64,000 nt of DNA from Bryobacteraceae bacterium (GTDB lineage: Bacteria > Acidobacteriota > Terriglobia > Bryobacterales > Bryobacteraceae), in assembly GCA_023384675.1 (NCBI GenBank), contig JAHDVK010000029.1, positions 3,778 through 67,777 on the forward strand, written 5' to 3'. Of this stretch, positions 61,069 to 64,000 are shown piece by piece. Both the position numbers and the translations under genes were made by a program. How positions within the stretch are numbered: position 1 is the first letter of the stretch; each line of letters begins with the position of its first letter. The notes beneath the pieces are model-generated. The model was not told the origin of the DNA, made no database searches, and saw only the letters and a list, made by a program, of their open reading frames with translations.

Positions 61069-64000
61069 GTGAAGAGCTTCCGGACTCGGAGCAGAGTTCC
61101 GGCCTGGTTGATCGTTGTATCACTGTTAGCCGCCGTCCCCGTTGTGGGTTCGACATCCTCCCTGCCGCTGTTGTTCCTGCCCGCTCACCCCGAGGATGAC
61201 CAGTGCGTGTGGCGAGCGCAGAGCTTCGACTACGCGGTTTGTGTTGCTGGCGATGAGGTGCGGGTCAGGCGCAGAGATCAGGTTCTGGCCTGGAGGTATC
61301 TCGGCCGCGAAGGGGTGTTAGTGGCCGAACCGGAGGGCCGGGCGGTGACAAGGATCAGCGAGTTCCGGGGCGCGGATCCGGCAGGTTGGCGGCGTGCGGA
61401 GCCTGCATTCGCCGGGATTCGTGTTGTTGATCTCTATCCGGGCGTGGATCTCGTCATGTCGGATTCGGGTGGCCGTCTGAAGCTTGATTATGTCGTGGCT
61501 CCCTTCGTGAATCCAGCGCAGATCCGGATCCGCTTTCTGGGGGTGAGGCGTGTCCGCGTGGGCGGGCACGGGGGCTTAATCATCGAGACGCCGGCGGGCG
61601 ACTGGATCGAGGATGAGCCATACCTCTATCAGCCCGGCGTGCCGCACCAGCCTGTGCGAGGGCGGGTAGTAACGGGCACGGATTTCACCGCCGGCTTCGA
61701 AGTGGAGCAATACGATCCGTCGCTGCCTCTGGTGATCGATCCGGTCCTGAGCTTCAGCACATTGCTGGGGGATGCCGGCTCCAGTTCGCCGCAGGCAGTG
61801 GCTGTGGGGCCCGCGGGCGAAATCGTTGTCGCCGGTTTTACGGATTCCTCCAGTTTCCCGGCCGTGAATCCGCAGCGGAGCTTTGCGGGCGGTGTCGAGG
61901 CGGTGATTGTCAAACTGGCTGCCGATGGGGCGAGTATCCTGCAGGCCACGTTCCTCGGCGGGTCGGGAGACGACCGTGCGTTTGCGGCCGCGGTGGATCC
62001 CGAAGGTGGTGTTTATGTAGCAGGCTGGACCACATCCGGCAATTTCCCCGCGGTCAACGCCTGGCGGGCTTCGCTGTCCGGCTACCGCGACGCCTTTCTT
62101 GCGCGCCTTTCTCCCGCGGGCGATTCGCTGACTTTCTCCACATTTCTTGGGGGAGGCGGGGAAGAGCATGCCGCGGCGCTGGCCGCCGACGCCGCCGGAG
62201 TCTGGGTGGCGGGCGACACCAACTCGCAGGATTTCCCGCTGCTGGCCGCGCTGCGTTCCTCGCCATCCGGGTCACAGGATGGCTTCGTGGCTCGCTTCTC
62301 GAAAACGGGCGCCGCCGTGTCCTCCTCCTATCTGGGCGGAAACGGAACCGATACGATCCGAGCCCTGGCGGTTACCCCATCCGGCGACGTTTACGTGGCG
62401 GGCGGGGCCACCTCGACGGATCTGCCCGTGCCCGCCCAAGCCTGGCGCACGCAGCCCGGCGGCGGGCAGGACGGGTTCATCCTGCGGCTGAATCCAGCCG
62501 CCTCCGCGGTGACGGCGGGTACCTATCTCGGGGGCGCGGCCGGGGGCGTGGGGGCGACTGAACTTGTGCAATCGCTGGCCATTGCGCCCAATGCCGAGGT
62601 GGTGGCCGGCGGATCGACTCCTTCTTCGAACTTTCCGCTTCAGGCCCCCTGGGTGGCAGTTCACCGGGGAACCAGCATGGGTTTTGTCGCCCGGCTCTTG
62701 CCGGACTTGTCGGGTGCGGCATGGAGTACCTTCCTGGGCGGGATGAACAGCGACCGCGTCGAGGCGGTTGCCGTGGACCAGAAAGGAAGGGTCTTCGCCG
62801 CGGGCCGGACGTTTTCTCTCGATCTGCCACTGGCGGCGCCTTTACAGGCCAGCTATCAGGGTGAGGGCGACGCCTTTTTGCATGTCTTGAGTCCGGAAGG
62901 CGGGACGCTTGTGTTTGGAACCTATCTGGGCGGGCAATCTTCAGATGCCGCCACCGCGCTTGCCCTGACTGCGGCAGGCAACGCCGTTGTGGCCGGTGTG
63001 AGTAATTCGCTCAACTTTCCCTCCGTGCAAGCGCTGGCGAGTCCGCCGCAACCCGCGCCGCGTTTCTTCGTGAGCCTCGTCGGAATGGCATTTCACGCGC
63101 CGGAACCCGTCTCCGTGACGCCGTCGTCGGCCGCGGGCCAGGAGCAGGTCTTCGAGATCCTGGTGCGCGATGCGGATGGCGCGGCAGACTTGAAAACGGT
63201 GCTGGTGCTCATTCATTCGAACTTCAGCAGTTCGGGCGCCTGTTACATCAGCGCGGAGCCCGGGCCGAATCTGCTCAGCCTGGCCAGCGATTCCGGGCTT
63301 GCCTGGTCCGGCGTCACGGCGGGCGGAGCGGCGACTCTCTCGAACTCCCAGTGCCGGCTGCGGGCGTCAGGGTCCGGCTTTGCGCTCACCGGCCAGGAGC
63401 TGCGCCTGACGCTCGACCTCGCTTTCGAGCCATCATTTGCCGGCCAGAAGACCATCTATGTGCTAAGCACCGATCAAGGCCTGCTGTCGTCGAATTGGGC
63501 TCAACCGGGCAGCTATACCGTGACGGCGGGCGGCGTTTCCGCGCCGCCGGTGGCGGCCGCAATCCATCCCTTGACCGCCGCTGGCAGCCGGCAGACCTTC
63601 TCGCTTACGGTGACAGATCCGAACGGCGGCGCGGACGTGAAGGAGGGGCGAATCCTCGTCAATACGATGCTCGGTGAATCCCAGGCTTGCCTCGTCCGGT
63701 TTACCGTCTCGCCCCCGCAACTTCACCTGGCTGCCGATTCCGGTGCGGGTTGGACCACGGCGGCGGCGGGGTCGGCCACGGTCCTGCAGAATGGGCGGTG
63801 CCTGGTCCACGCCTTGGGGAGCGGAGTGGCTGTGGGACTGACAAGCGCGGTCTTCTGGGCCGACATAGAGTTCAAGCCCGCCTGGACGGGCCTCAGGCGC
63901 ATCTGGGGGAAGGGAGCCGACCAAGCCGGATTTGAAGCGCCATGGACCGAGCTGGCCCACTTCACGGTCGCCGACGGATTGAATCACCCGCCAGTGCTCG
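61069..64000 (+). CDS. large secreted SBBP (beta-propeller) repeat protein, 3' end beyond window
   Basis: It is absent from the ORF track because there is no stop before the window end. I translated frame 1 by hand. The GTG at 61069 follows an in-frame TAG, and the signal peptide is (M)KSFRTRSRVPAWLIVVSLLAAVPVVG. At least 6 repeats of FLGG.G.D.a.A.AvD..G.VyVAG.T.S.dFP follow (e.g. ATFLGGSGDDRAFAAAVDPEGGVYVAGWTTSGNFPAV). The C-terminal part contains Ig-like segments. Confidence 0.8.
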   Translation, partial: MKSFRTRSRVPAWLIVVSLLAAVPVVGSTSSLPLLFLPAHPEDDQCVWRAQSFDYAVCVAGDEVRVRRRDQVLAWRYLGREGVLVAEPEGRAVTRISEFRGADPAGWRRAEPAFAGIRVVDLYPGVDLVMSDSGGRLKLDYVVAPFVNPAQIRIRFLGVRRVRVGGHGGLIIETPAGDWIEDEPYLYQPGVPHQPVRGRVVTGTDFTAGFEVEQYDPSLPLVIDPVLSFSTLLGDAGSSSPQAVAVGPAGEIVVAGFTDSSSFPAVNPQRSFAGGVEAVIVKLAADGASILQATFLGGSGDDRAFAAAVDPEGGVYVAGWTTSGNFPAVNAWRASLSGYRDAFLARLSPAGDSLTFSTFLGGGGEEHAAALAADAAGVWVAGDTNSQDFPLLAALRSSPSGSQDGFVARFSKTGAAVSSSYLGGNGTDTIRALAVTPSGDVYVAGGATSTDLPVPAQAWRTQPGGGQDGFILRLNPAASAVTAGTYLGGAAGGVGATELVQSLAIAPNAEVVAGGSTPSSNFPLQAPWVAVHRGTSMGFVARLLPDLSGAAWSTFLGGMNSDRVEAVAVDQKGRVFAAGRTFSLDLPLAAPLQASYQGEGDAFLHVLSPEGGTLVFGTYLGGQSSDAATALALTAAGNAVVAGVSNSLNFPSVQALASPPQPAPRFFVSLVGMAFHAPEPVSVTPSSAAGQEQVFEILVRDADGAADLKTVLVLIHSNFSSSGACYISAEPGPNLLSLASDSGLAWSGVTAGGAATLSNSQCRLRASGSGFALTGQELRLTLDLAFEPSFAGQKTIYVLSTDQGLLSSNWAQPGSYTVTAGGVSAPPVAAAIHPLTAAGSRQTFSLTVTDPNGGADVKEGRILVNTMLGESQACLVRFTVSPPQLHLAADSGAGWTTAAAGSATVLQNGRCLVHALGSGVAVGLTSAVFWADIEFKPAWTGLRRIWGKGADQAGFEAPWTELAHFTVADGLNHPPVL

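Overview
This is a high-G+C chromosomal segment that is almost entirely coding. The gene content points to an Acidobacteria-like genome (Solibacter/Bryobacter type). That inference rests on four large CarboxypepD_reg-type TonB-dependent-receptor-like outer-membrane proteins, an acidobacterial-type VWFA protein, FG-GAP and SBBP beta-propeller proteins, and many Gfo/Idh/MocA and glycosyltransferase genes. I support about 50 protein genes, 2 tRNAs (Met-CAU, Glu-CUC), several intrinsic-terminator hairpins and a few sigma70-like promoters.

Accessory-looking content is concentrated in four places:
- 28.3-31.6 kb: a decaying tandem duplicate of a back-to-back HigBA-like/VapBC cassette that retains a sequence-perfect orphan antitoxin. 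Next to it is a signal-less PG-binding protein with an uncharacterised His/Cys domain.
- 8.1-20 kb: a TonB-receptor paralogue array with duplicated promoters and a relic of a thrC-like gene.
- 43.3-48 kb: a minimal ABC-type ATPase, an acyl-AMP ligase-ACP-PlsC tri-domain enzyme and a secreted TPR protein.
- 57.5-61 kb: an alpha/beta-hydrolase operon with an unknown partner, plus an orphan coiled-coil/beta-helix fibre-like protein.

Two genes run off the window edges. The right-hand one (61069->64000, SBBP repeat protein) is absent from the supplied ORF track. No rRNA, CRISPR array, transposase or integrase was seen. Most long ORFs antisense to the genes listed here are GC-driven shadow ORFs. 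All homology statements are recognition of motifs by eye, not database searches.
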